A DNA stretch of 63,842 nucleotides, counting the filler, from Jimgerdemannia flammicorona (Eukaryota), in assembly GCA_003990765.1 (NCBI GenBank). It is 3 parts of 3 records of this genome, joined end to end, with 100 filler letters (N's around TTAATTAATTAA, not from the genome) between each part and the next. Parts side by side here need not be neighbours in the genome. Positions count along the whole stretch, not along the records: positions 21,341 to 42,545 come from RBNJ01001503.1; 2 more parts are not named here. One strand, given 5' to 3'. The number at the start of each line of letters is the position of its first letter. The stretch's first letter is position 1. The notes under the pieces are model-generated. The model was not told the DNA's origin. It was given only the letters and a program-made list of their open reading frames with translations, and searched no databases. Shown here piece by piece: positions 26,471 through 39,317 of the stretch. The translations under genes were made by a program, and so were the position numbers.

Positions 26471-29400
26471 AGAGAGAAGACCAGAGAGTTGATTGTAGAG
26501 ATGGTCAAAGAATATAGAGAGATTGTAGACATTGGGTTTAGAGTCTGAGAGGGTACTGAACTCCAGACAGAAGACATTGATATCAGAGTGAGGCTGGCTA
26601 GAAAAGAGAATACTGAGAAGGTGAGGGATTGGCCAGCAACCCTTAAGTGAGTTCAGGTTGAATGTAAGGTTTTATGGGTGAAGGATATACTAGAGAAGGA
26701 GGAGGACTTGTTGGAGGTGCTTGAGAATCTGGCAGAAACAGTGGAGAGGAGGAGACTGACTTAGAAGAAGTATAAAGCCAAGACAGTAGTGGAGATTGTG
26801 GATGGAAAGAAGATCAGAATGGGCCAGGTGGCCTGGGAGAAGATGCAGGGAAGGTGAATCCAGAAGGAGCTATTGGGAAAGTTGGAAGAGAGTGTGGTGG
26901 GCAATAGTATAGGGAAAGGGGGTGCTGGTCTGATGGAGAGTGCTTGGGTAGAGAAGTGTGGGATAGCTCAAGATAAGACCCAGGTGGGGTTGAATGAGGA
27001 GGGACTAGACAGTATAGTGGAGGATGCCAAAATGAGTGAGGAAGTCCACCCTCAGTATGGTGTCCTGAGTGGAGCAAGAGGGGAGAAGGAACTTCTGGAT
27101 ATAGTGGAGGAGGAGTGGGATGAATCAGAGAGGAGGAGCACCTTGGTGGACTCAGTGGTGGAGGTCAAGTGAGTTGCCTGAGATATTGCTGAGGTGGTAG
27201 ATGAAGAAAAGTGGTTGTAGAAGACTCTAGAGGGGGTGGTAGCTAGGAGAGAACTTCTGGGTCCTGAGTGATAGACATTGGGAGGAAATTCTCCATAGAG
27301 AGGAGGTGCCAAGGAAGATTAGGAATGAGATTCTGGTAGTACTCTTGGAGTCAGAGGAATATCAAGTAGATGATCAGTGAGAGGAGGCCCTTCAGGAGAT
27401 TGCAAATGACTAGGTAGTATACTTGTGGAATTTGAGGAAAGAGTTGGAGAAGTGGAGAGTGGTATACACAGATTATTGGACTGAAATGGAGATTGTGAAT
27501 AGGGTAGAGTGTCAGGAAATCTTGGAAGCACTGGATGCTCAGGCAGTAGTAGAGGGTGATTTGGAGACAAAACAGTACTTAGATCTTGCTGGTGACAAGA
27601 TAAGTATGGAATTCTAGATTGGGCTCTCTTTATCAAGTATTATTCCTTATAAACAGTACAACTAGAATATTTTCTTTAAACATGAATAGGTTGAGGGGAG
27701 TAGTATGGTGAAAGAATATCTTTGGCTGGCTGAGAGGACTAGATGCTGATCTCTTCTTACTGCAGAATATATAGTATAAGATAGATGTAGACTTATAGAA
27801 TTAGACTAGTAAATGGAGTAGGGCAGCTATATGGACTGGACAGATGGGCATTCTGGTTTGAAAGAGGATGGGGGATATTGGGGATATTAGACATTAGGAG
27901 AGTAGGTTGGTATGGGGAGTATGGAAGAGGTCTGGGTAGAACTCTTTGACTGTTGGATCATATTATTGTCCAGCTGAGAGGGGGAAATATGTAGATTAAA
28001 TTAGAGACCTAAGAGAGGCTGGTGTTATAGGTGGGGCAGGGATTGACTGCCTGGGGGGTGATTTTAACATAGTATATGATAATGAGATGGACAGGACTAA
28101 TAGTAGGAGAGGAATGAGAGGTAGAAGTGGCAGGTTAGATGATTGGATGGAGATTGAGAGAGTGAGCTCCTTGGTTGACTCAGGGTGACTGCTCTGAGTA
28201 GATTGCTGAATTTATACCCACTGAGTGGTGGGGCTGGGCTCCAGGATTGACTAGATATTAATGACAGAGTACTGGGGTGTAGATGTCTGGGACATACTGG
28301 AGATAGTTTAGTACTCATGGTCAGATCACTGAGATCTGATAGATAGTGGGAGATTTGGAGGAAGTGGGGATGGGCCCAGATATTGGTAACTGAATTCTTC
28401 TTTATTGGAGGATAGTTCCTTATAGGCAGCCTGAGAGATGGAAATTATTGAAAAGATTAATAAGTAGTAAGAGCAGGAATTGGTAATTGGAGATTGCTGG
28501 CAGTGACTGAAATTGAGTGCTCAGAGGTATTGGAGGGAGGCAGAGAAAGGAAAGAGTACTCAGTAGCAGTAGTGAGTACAATGGGCTTTACAGAGATTGG
28601 TAGTACTTCTGGAGAGATGGGTGGAATTACTGAATGATTGGGAGGTGGCTAATTGGCAAATTTTGCAGATATAAAAGAAAGTGAATGAGTAGAAAGAAGT
28701 ACTATGGATAGAGGAAGAGGCTCAGCTGAAGGGGATGGTGGTGAGATTGTAGTAGCAAGAGTTGGAGGAGAGAGAGAGGCTCACTAGATTCCTATCATGG
28801 TTGCTCTAAGCTCAGAAGACCAGACAGCAGTAGGATAGTATTTTGGATAAGGATGGAGAGATAGTGACAGAGACTCCTAAGATTTTGGAACTGCTGAGGA
28901 CTTGCTGAGGGAATTTATAGAGTGAAGAAGAAGGGGGTGAGGATGCCCTAAACATTAAACAGCAGTTGGAGAATTGGTATCCAGACCCTGTACTAGGCCT
29001 GGGATTACTGAGAGATCTAGTGCAGGGAGAGGAAGTGTATAAGATCTTGGCTTCAACAAGCAAGAGGACAGCTCTAGGAGAGGATGGGCTTCTCTGGGAT
29101 TTTTGGAAGAAGATGGCTGGGGTGGAGGTAGTATTGGAGGAGATGACAATGATGTGTAGTGAGATTCTTCAGTCTGAAACTTAGATTGGAGGCTAGTGTC
29201 TAGGGCTGGTCTCTTTGCTCTATAAGGATAAGAGAAGAAGGGAAGATTGGAAGAACTGGTGACTGATCATGCTCCTTGATATGAACCACAAGCTAGTGAC
29301 AAAGATCTTGGTGACTAGACTATAGAAGATAGCTCAGCAGGTGCTAGGGGTAGAGCAGAGGGGATTTGTTGGGGGTTAGTTGATCTGAGATGGAATGGCC

Positions 29401-31341
29401 TGGGTTCATAGGGTGATTGAAGGGGCTCAGGCAGCTAGAGTTGATGGCTGGTTAGTATTTCTGGATCAGGAGAAGGCATATGACAGGGTGAAGAGGGTTT
29501 GGCTAGAAGAAGTGCTGAAATATATAAGAGTTCCCCCAGTATTCAGAAGGTTATTGATCAGTCTATTGGGGAATAGTCAAGCAGCTTTAGTAGTGAATAG
29601 ACACAGAGGTATAACTTTCCTACTAAGTCATAAGGTGCTGCAAGGGGATCCTTTGTCACCCATCTTATATACCCTTTTCTTAGAGCTCCTATTGGATAGA
29701 ATTTGATATTAAATTGGGGGTTTGGACATTTTGGAGATAAATTGGAAGGTTGGGGCTTTTGCAGATAATATAGTGGTTGGACTGGGTTTATTAGTGGATG
29801 TAGAGGAATTAAGAAGGACTGTGGAATAGTATGAGAGGGGCTCAGATACTAAACTCAACTAGTATAAATGTGAGACTCTGGTGCTAGACAGTGGAATAGT
29901 TAGTGGTGACATGATTGAGATAATAGTTCTAGTAGGAGAACTAGTCTGATACTTGAGAATCTTCTTTTCAGTATATGGATCCCTTCTGCTCTATATATAG
30001 TGGAAACAGCAGCTACTAGCATAGGGGAATGTTCTCTTGAGGTGGGGTAGTCAGCATATATCTTTGGCAGGAAGGGTGATGGTACTGAATGTATATTGGC
30101 TACTGAAGTTATGATGTGGTCAGGCAACTTCTAAAAATGGCAAGATCATAGATTTGGACTGGGTGGTAAAGTCAAATAGGCTGAGAGGTTCTCACTCTAT
30201 CTGTTGATAGAGGCAGACTGAGTTTGGTGGACTTTACCAAGTACCTTTGTTGTCTGCAAGTATGGTGGCTGAAGAAGGTAAGTGAGTTGAGGGGTCAGAA
30301 GTAAGTACTACTTATGCAGAGATTGTGGGAAGCTCAGTATTCCTCTTGTAGAGTGATGGGTGACCTGCTTGCAATGGTGGCCATGGATAAGAGCAGGAGG
30401 ATGCAGTACAAAGACTTTTAGTAGAAAGTGGTAGATAGTGTAAGAAGAATTAAGCTTCAGTGGTGAGGAGATGAGAAGGAGGAGGATTGGGGACTACAGA
30501 TATAGCAATAGGACAGGTTATTGCTGGGAGATATATTGGTGGAGGATTTTCAGCTTGGTGATGGAATAGAATGTATGCAGGGGCTTAGGAGAGATGTGGT
30601 CTGAAGTATGGCAAAGGGTGGGAATCAGCAAGAAGTGGAACTAGAATAAGATTTGGCCTTAGAGCAAGTAGACAATACAGTGACTTCTCCCCAAGTTCTG
30701 GGTAGTGTAGTAGAGGTTTCTTAGGTGAAATGTGATACTAAACTATCAGTTGGGGTACTTGGTAGTGGATGGTATATTTGAGTGTGAGAAATATATGGGC
30801 ATTGGTCAGAAGGGGAGAGTGATATATATATCTGAACATTGGCTAGGAAAGTGTGAAGTTCTGGGGAAGTTTTGGTATAGTATTTTAGTTAAACTAGGTT
30901 TGTGGCCCCTGATGGGAGGGGAAGGAGGGAGATGGGGGGACCTCTAGCAGAAGTTAGTGGGTGGGGTTGGAGATGAATAGCTGACTTTGGGGTGGGCCCT
31001 GGTAATTTGGATAGAGATGGTTAGTCATTGGCTTCATATCTTTGAAGAGGGCCAGCAGATTGAGATTGAGGCTAAGATAGTATATTGGGAATGATTGGTA
31101 CTTGATATTTTGAATAGTTGGTGGAGAGGGTGGGGACCAAGTAGGGGAGATTATTGGAAATTAGTGGATAGTATTTGTAAAAAGAGTAGAGACAGGGTTT
31201 GGATGGTGGGTAGTTGAGTTGTCCTTTAGCAGAGAGAGGGAGTGAGTAGAGTGAGTAAACTGAGAGGCATTGGCTGAAGGGTGTGGGTTCTTGTATATTA
31301 TTATTATAGATAAAGTAGTAATAAATAGAAGTCTGAGTGAC

Positions 31342-31374
<33 letters not shown>
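25557..31374 (+). mobile_element. Full-length degenerate L1/Tx1-like LINE (copy 2): ORF1 plus APE-RT ORF2
   Basis: 14-bp TSD ATCAATATGAGAAT at 25543-25556 and 31375-31388. 3' end GAGTGACTAT plus poly(A). APE motifs (IFSLNMNRL, ADLFLLQ, CLGGDFN, SDH) at ~27670-28330. RT motifs (KNW.LIMLLD, FLDQEKAYDRV, QGDPLSPILY, GAFADN) at ~29250-29770. Many stops. Confidence 0.92.
26411..26466 (+). mobile_element. Poly(A)-only retro-insertion in LINE ORF1
   Basis: TTTGTT(A)n-CACATAT-(A)n flanked by a perfect 16-bp duplication ATCAAGAGAGAAGACC (26395-26410 and 26467-26482). Confidence 0.85.
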
Positions 31375-31378
<4 letters not shown>

Positions 31379-31599
31379 ATATGAGAATTAGCTGGATTCT
31401 CTAATAAATAACAGAAATAGAGAAATATGAGTGAAAATCAACCAAGCCAACCAAAAAACATAACAACAATACCCACTATTTAAGCTTATCATCTATATTA
31501 GTACAATATTTCTTCTTATATAAAATCATTGATATTATAATATATAGAAGGTATAATGACAGTATTAATAGACTTATACTCCTTTTTCCAGATATATTC

Positions 31600-33100
31600 C
31601 ATCTGATTCTTCTATTTATCAATTAAAGATTTTTTCCATATCTCATAACAGAAATAATATATATTAATATATAGATCTAAGACTAAAGCTATACTATATA
31701 ATAGTGTTATCTTAAAGTAATACTTTAGAAGTTTTATATATATATTCTTAGTAGTAGTAAGTATTATCTATAAAAAAATAAAAAATAAATTAAAATATAT
31801 ATATATATTACTTCCCAATTACTTACTAAATTAGTTCCTAAATTTATAAATAAAATTACTTTCAAAATTATATATATATTTGATTAAAATGTTCACCAGT
31901 TTAATATATATCAATAATATCTTCAAAGTGATTATATAGCTGATTAAATAGTGAGATAATAGCTACTATTATAGGATATTTTGAAGCTAATATTATAGTT
32001 ATCACTTTGGTAAAAAGTTCAAAAAATCAGTAAATTATTACTATATATTTTTAGATATAGAACTCTATCTTATTATAATATCTAAGAGTGGCTTCAAAAT
32101 AGAAATTTTAGAGGATTCACAGACTTTTACTAGTTATATCTATTATTGTACTAAATTTTTGATCTTCTTTATCAACTTCTATAGCTTTCTAATAAACTTA
32201 TTAAGAGAACCAAGAGTATTATAAATAATGAGATTTAATATATACCCAAAACAGTGAACATGAATAAGCAGATAATAGAGATTCTCAAATAGAGTATTGT
32301 TATTACTAGTATTATCATATATGATAGTAATAATTTGATTATCACTAGGTAACAAATTATCTATTACTAACTTCAGATATAAGATTAGCATCTATGTATA
32401 TTATTTTACTGATATTTACAAAGTCTAAGATAATGTTATATATCTTCTAATCACTGTCAAACTAATAAGCTATTATTTCAAAGAAGGTCTTGATGTTAAT
32501 ATCCAATATCTAACAATTAAGTATAAGTGATACCTTCAACTTAAGCTCTGCTAGTCTTACTTTTACTTAAGTTTACAATAGTTCAAATTCTTTTTGAATA
32601 ACTTACAAAATCATATCAGTCAATAGAAGGACCAAATCAGAGTATAATATATAAAAAAGATACTTAAAGCTAGAGTTTTTAATAATAAAGAATAGCTGAT
32701 ACTCAGTGATAATGAAGTTGACAATTAATCAATATAAATTCTCATTACTTAAAGTCTTACCAGTATATTCCTATTTATAATAATAAAATTTAATGAATTA
32801 TTTTTCTAATAATCTCCTAAGTACTTCCTGAATTCCATTCTATCCATACTTACAATATTATCTTTTTTAGACTAGTAAGGATTCTCAGTATACTGGAGAG
32901 ATAAGAGTATAGCATTGTCATACTTCTAGAGATATTATTTAAGATTGTTGATATTGTCATCCTTCAATATATAGCTTACTTTATAAATTCTATTTAAATA
33001 GAGAGGTATGAGACTATATTAGAATCTCAACTAACCATCCTTAGGACTAATGACTGATCACTCTTATAACTGATGAGACCAACTACTCTTATAACTATAA
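31600..33100 (-). pseudogene. hAT (Ac-like) transposase relic
   Basis: Minus-strand translation gives KVSLILNC*I (cf. SLTLDxWT), IAY*FDSD*K (cf. TAHWxDxxW), YDNTSNNNTL (cf. TDNASNN) and HVHCFGYILNL (cf. RCxAHxLNL). Most differences fit C->T/G->A decay. Boundaries approximate. Confidence 0.8.
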
Positions 33101-34017
33101 CTATTAGTATAATATATAAAACTATCTTTATATTACATATAATTCTATATTCAGATTTTGTTTTTATTTTTTTTTCTCATACTTATTGATAATAATGAAC
33201 TAGTAGAGATATCAAATATATCCTCTAATATATCCTTCAATATATCATCTAATGGTTCTGAAATTTCTCCTAAATGTAGTTCTTAATCTTTGATATTTTG
33301 AAAAGTATTTAATAATAGTAGAGACTAGGAGCTTGAGTGAGAGGCCAAGAGCTAGAAAGTAGCTAGAAAGTAGTGAGCTAGAGAGTAGTAAACTGGAGAG
33401 TAATGAGCTGAGGAATAGAGAATAAGCTGGGGGAGCAGTAAACTGAGGGGTGGAAAGTTGGGGGTGAAGAGTTGGGGGTGCAGAGTTGGGAGCATAGAGT
33501 TGGAGGTGGTGAGCAGTGGGAGAAGTCAGAAACTGTAGGACCTGAAATAGGAGTTAGTAATCTAGAGAGCAGTGAGATAGAGAGCAACAAGGTAGCAGTA
33601 TAAGATATAATGGTCAAAGATTAATTATAGATAGAGGATAGATGAATAAATATATATAGATGGTAAACTAATATCTATTATACAACTACAAACAGCAAAT
33701 ATACTTTGGAGATTCAGTATATTTTACATAATTTAGTATATTCTATATAAGCTCCAATTGAGTGAGATTTATAATAATATTTGAGTAAAATTTGTAATAT
33801 ATTTGAGTGAGATTTACAATAAGATTTATAGTGAGGTTCAAGTGAGATTTACAAGTAAGATTAAAGTAAGATTTGTAAGTAATGTTTGAGCAAAATTTGT
33901 ATAAGCTAGGCTTTGCAAGTTTTGTACTTGTAAGCCTGAATAAGCTCAGTTTAATAAGCTGATATAATATATATATAAGCTAATATTATATGATATCAGC
34001 TATCAGCTAAGCTGAGT

Positions 34018-34107
34018 AGAGCAAATCTCACTTATACTTATACTTATGCTTATACTTATAATCTAGAGCAAATCTCACTTATACTTATACTTATGTTTAT
34101 ACTTACA
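34018..34107 (+). repeat. Tandem duplication of a ~47-nt unit containing (CTTATA)n
   Basis: AGAGCAAATCTCACTTATACTTATACTTATG(C/T)TTATACTTA occurs twice in succession. Confidence 0.8.
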
Positions 34108-35360
34108 ATATAGAGCCTTTCTCACTATGTTCTACTTCTCTTATATAACTCTTATATATTCCTCCACCTCTCTCACCTTCATTTCTCAGATTGCAAACAA
34201 CATACAATTTATTAGAGATTTTGAAGAGATTCCAAAAAAGTTTCTGAAAGATATTATAGCTTTTGAATATTTAATATATCAAAAGCTTATTTTTTTCTCT
34301 CATCCTTTACTTTACCTCATTCTTTACTTTACCTCATTCTTTACTTCATCTCATTCTTCACTTTACCTCATTCTTCACTTTATCTCACTTAATTCACTAC
34401 TATATTGAAAATATATAAATATGGTCATCTGGCCAATAAGTATTTATAAGACTCCTCTTAAGCTCAATATACCTTAGCTCACTATTCTAAAGATTGGCAC
34501 TCTAAAGATACCCAGCTTGCTAATATCCAGCCTGCTGAGCTTACTAACACCCAGATTACTGAGCTTGCTAACTCTCAGCTCACTGACTCTCAGCTCTCTA
34601 ATCTCTAGCTTAATTGTTAGCTTGCTACTATATAGCTTGCTTTCTCAGATCTATAGCTTCCTCGCTATCAGCTCATTACTACATAGCTTACTCCTTCAGA
34701 TCTCCAGCTTCTCAACCACTAGCTCACTGCTAGTTTATAAGTATAAGATCTCTCACTAGATTATAATAATATAGCTAGAAAAGTTAATTTTTTTTTTTTT
34801 TTTTTTAAAATTAATGTCTGAATTTTTTTCCTAATAATATTTGAAATATATATATCCTCTAGCTTCTAATCCTGGGCTGGAGTATAAATCTTGCTATAAT
34901 TACTATTTTTGCCATTGAGGTTACCCAAGTACTATCTGGAAGTATTATTAAATCAATTTTCTAGATATCCCAAACCTTATAGAAAAAAGGCCTTATAAAT
35001 CAAACATTAGATATACTTTTACTATAGCTAATAAATATATTAAGAAAGTATATAATGACAAACTAAGGCAAGAAGTCATAAGAGCAATAGAAAACTATAT
35101 GAAAATTATAGAATATTCATCATATTATATTAGCTTTAAGGTAAATATTAAAGTATAAAATAAGTGAGATTGTTCAGATAGAATTATCATTATAGATAAA
35201 TACAAAAAACTGCTAATTATATTTGAACAAATACTAGTAAAGAATAATAAAATACTTTATATATAACTGATAGATAGCAGGCTTATATATTTAGTTAATA
35301 TATATCAAGAAAGAGAGAAGTAGTAGTAGAGAAGATAAAGAGGTAAGAAAGATCAGTATC

Positions 35361-36524
35361 CCTTTCTCTGCTACCTTACTGGTCACAATGGTTTGGTAGA
35401 TAATCTTCCAAGTCCACTTCTATAATTATTACTCTCTCTACCTCAGGTTAGTTTGCTATACCTATTGCAGAGCAGTGGAAGGGAGGCAATGGTGATGAGT
35501 TGCTCCTTTATCAGTATCAGATCAGTGTCTTCTCTACTTTTTTGCAGTTTCTGGTGCCTTCAGCTATATCTGGAGTATATCTGTTTTGGTGTGGTACCTT
35601 CTTCCTTTTGCTATTATCAATAAGGTGCTGTCTCGGTATATCTCGGGCTACATAGGGAGTCAGCTGACCTTGGGCATCAAGTGCTCAGTATAGGTTACCT
35701 GTAGGTCCTCGGTGCCTATAATGGAGCCCTCTGGCTTTGGTGAGCTTCCCAGTGAGTACAGTTCTGGCATAAGTGACTGCTTTTTGGGTGATATCAGGAT
35801 GAGAGGAGAGATGGCTGTCACAGATAGGAGGAAGAGCAATAATGGTGAACCAGTAGAGTGCCAGGCTGGGGGCAGTCATTGGGGCTGGGGCAGGTGCTAC
35901 TTTGGTAGGGTCTTTTGATTGATGTAGCATGGTTAGGTAGTAGGTGTCACTCTTGGCTTCTTTTAGTGATTTAGCAGGTTGGGCTCCAGTTGTCAGAGGG
36001 GGGTTGAGGGGCCTGAAGCTATCTATTTCAGATATTTTGGCTACACTCAACTGAAACTGAGAGCTGATATAGCAATATAATCAAGGCCCATAGGCTTGAG
36101 TAGTGGGGTATTGGGAGTCTCCTCTCACCTCATGTGTAAGTTCTTTACTCACCTTGACTGGGAGAACTAGGTCCTACCCACTATGTTGTACTTTGATGAG
36201 AGTTTTTCTTTACCTGTCATTCTCTTTGGGGTGGCAGAGACTATTCTATTCTGCTCAGGCATGGTCTTGTACATATATTAGGTTCTCGGGCATATGCTTT
36301 TGGTCATTGGCATATGGCTGGGGTTTCTCTGATGATAGAGAGAGTATGGTGTACAGAATGAGGTATGGACCAACATCAGCCCTACTATACCTGGTATAGT
36401 CAAGCTACTGGACAATAGCTAGTCTAGGTTAATGGAGGGGGCAGTGCTTGGTGGGTGGTGGGGGAGGGTTTTGGCCTATATAGTCTAGGTTCCCTTCTAA
36501 TAAAAATCTGTGGGACATTAAGTC

Positions 36525-36562
<38 letters not shown>
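35361..36562 (+). mobile_element. ~1.2-kb non-autonomous poly(A) retroelement, copy B
   Basis: Ends in poly(A). 20-bp TSD AGGT(A/G)AGA(A/G)AGATCAGTATC at 35341-35360 and 36563-36582. Confidence 0.88.
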
Positions 36563-36565
<3 letters not shown>

Positions 36566-36582
36566 TGAGAGAGATCAGTATC

Positions 36583-36900
36583 ATTGGAGGAGTCAATAGA
36601 GAGGTTGGTATAGAGGAGATTGATATGGGAGAGATTAGTGCAGAAGAGATCAGTACAGGAGAGATCAGTATAGAAAAGATTAGTATAGAGAAATATAGAG
36701 AGATTGGCATAGAGAAGGTCAGTATAGAAGAGATTAGTATAGGAAATATCAGTATAGAGAAGGTTAGTGTGGAGAAATATAGAGAGGTTAGGATAGAGGA
36801 TGAAATAGAGGTTAGTATAGAGAAGGTTAGTGCAGAGAAGAATATAGAGAAGAAGAATATAGAGAAAAGTAATTTAGAATATATAAAGAAAGATAGTTTA
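36583..36900 (+). repeat. Degenerate 15-bp minisatellite (GAGATYAGTATAGAR)n
   Basis: Repeated gagatcagtatagaa / aaggttagtatagag units, which produce the EISIE/KVSIE periodicity in the ORF track. Confidence 0.75.
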
Positions 36901-36962
36901 GAATATGAGAAGAAGAAGAAGAATTAGTTAATTTATAGTAATAAAGAGTAATATCTATTTGT

Positions 36963-38732
36963 CTCTTTCTCTGCTATCTTACTAATTATAAGGTTTGGTA
37001 GACAACCTTCTGAGTCTACTTTCTACAACTTATACCCTCTCTACCTTGAGTTAGTTTACTATATCTATTGTAGAGTAGTAGGAGGGAGACAATAGTAATG
37101 AGTTACCTCTTTATTAGTGTCAAATTGATATCTTCTTTACTTTTTTGCAGTTTCTGATACCTTCAGCTATATCTGGAGTATTACAGCACTTTCTTTCTTT
37201 TGTCATCATCAATATAGTATTATCTGATATATCATAGACTATATATGAAGTTGGCCAATCTTAAGTATTATATACCAGTATAGGTTATCTGTAGATCTCT
37301 GATATCTGTGGTAGAGTTCTCTGAGCTTTGATAAGCTTTCTGGTAAGCATAGTTCTGATATAGATAACTACTTTTTGGATGGAGTTGGGATGAGAGAGAA
37401 GATGACCATCACAGATAAGAGGAAGAATAATTACAATAGACCAGTAGGATGCTAGACTGGGAATAGTTATCAGAACTGAGATAGGTACTATATTAATGGA
37501 GCCTTCTGATTAGTATAAGATAGTTAGATAGTAGATATCACTCTCAGCTACTTTTAGTGATTTGTAAGGTTGAGCCCTGATCATTAAGAGTGGTCAGAGG
37601 GCTCAAGGTTACCCAGATCAGATATCTTGGTTACACTTAACTAGAACTGAGAGCTGATATAGCAATATGATCAAAGTTTGCAAGCTTGAGTAATGAGGTA
37701 TTGAGAGTCTCCTCTTACCTCATATATAAGTTCTTTACTTACTTCATTGAAGAGAACTAAATTCTACCTACTATTCTATACTTTGAGGAGAGTTTTTCTT
37801 TATCTATCACTCTCCTTAGAGTAGTAAGAGCTATATAAATCAGCTTGGGTGTAATCTTGTATATATATTAGAATTTCAGATATATATCTAAAGTATGTAT
37901 TTATTACTCCCTGATAATTAGTACTCCTAACAAGTCAATTTAATCCAGATTGGATTCGGATTGATTCGGAGTAAATCCCATCCAGATCAACTCAGATGGG
38001 ATTTGAATCCCATCTGGATCAACTCGGATTGGATTTGAATCCCATCCAGATGGATTTGAATCAACCATTGTTTTGATTTCCAAATTGGACAATTAAATAT
38101 TTACATCAATAACTCAATGAATAATCATCCAAATTTGATGATCTTGGGGTCATTTGAAAGCCCTTAATAAGGCCTTTCTAATGATATCAAGAAAATTAAA
38201 ATCGGATTATGCATTGCCTAGATATTAAGGAAAATGTTCTATTTGATGAAATTTCCAAAATTGGCAAATTGAAGAATTTCCAAATTGGTGATTCAGACGG
38301 TTTCCTTCATAACTCAGCAACGCATGATCAGATTTCAATGTTCTTGGTATCATTAGATAGGCCTTATTAAGGGCTTTCAAATGACACCAAAATAATCAAA
38401 TTTGGATGATTATTCATTGAGTTATTGATGTAAACATTTAATTGTCCAATTTGGAAATCAAAACAATGGTTGATTCGAATCCATCCAAATCCCATCCGGA
38501 TTGACTCGTTCGGAGCACTACTGGTAATAGAAAGAGTATGGTGTACAAAATGAGGTATAGGTAATTTGCCCTACTATATCTAGTATGGTTGAGCTACTAG
38601 ATAATAGCTAGCCTAAGTTTAATAGGAGTATAGTACTCAGTGAGTGGTGAGAGAGAGTTTTGGTCTATATAGTCTAGGTTCTCTTCTAATAAAATCTGCA
38701 GGACTTTAAGTCTGTTAAAAAAAAAAAAAAAA
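36963..38732 (+). mobile_element. ~1.2-kb non-autonomous poly(A) retroelement, copy C (more decayed, interrupted by a MITE)
   Basis: Collinear with copy B. Poly(A) 38717-38732. TSD AGTAA(T/G)ATCTATTT at 36947-36960 and 38733-38746. Confidence 0.82.
37919..38520. mobile_element. hAT-type MITE / fold-back element
   Basis: Terminal inverted repeats TAGTACTCCTAACAAGTCAAT and (reverse complement) TAGTGCTCCGAACGAGTCAAT. 8-bp TSD CTG(A/G)TAAT at 37911-37918 and 38521-38528. Long internal inverted arms ~38050-38220 and ~38310-38485. Confidence 0.88.
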
Positions 38733-39317
38733 AGTAAGATCTATTTATACTGATAAATTCTTAATTTTCCTAATTTACTTTCTATTTATTTCTAATTTTA
38801 TTTTGATTTCTGATTTCTAATTATATTTTTATTTATTTATTCTAAATATATCTTAAATATATATATATATATTTTTTATACCTTATAGCTTAAAGGCAGA
38901 TTAAAGATAGATTTATATTAGATTAAATATGGGTCAGAGTCAGATCACATATATTTCTCAGATTGGGTCATGTATATTTCTCAATCAAATTGAATTGAGG
39001 GTCATTTTAATTAAATTGAGAGTCCAATTTGAACTCTATTTTTCAAAATATAATAACTCAATGAAAATATATCCAAAATTAATAATCTTTAGCTTGTTAG
39101 ATTCCTCTTATATAGAGAAATATAATAAGCTAAATATTATTAAATTTGAATATATTTTTGTTGAGTTATTATATTTCAAAAAATAGTGTTTAAATCAAAT
39201 CTTGAATTGAATTAGACCTTTGATTCAATTTGAAATGAATCAAATTAGACCTTTGATTTAATTAAATCAAATCAAATTTAGGTCAAATTTAATTTAATTT
39301 AATTTTTAGAAGTACTA

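Noticed and set aside
36565..36927. 120-aa EISIE-repeat ORF
   Set aside because: It is the translation of a decayed 15-bp minisatellite beginning inside a TSD, with no gene context.
37940..38065. Short GGATTTGAATCCCATC repeats resembling a CRISPR array
   Set aside because: No unique regular spacers and no cas genes. These are MITE subterminal repeats in a eukaryotic genome.
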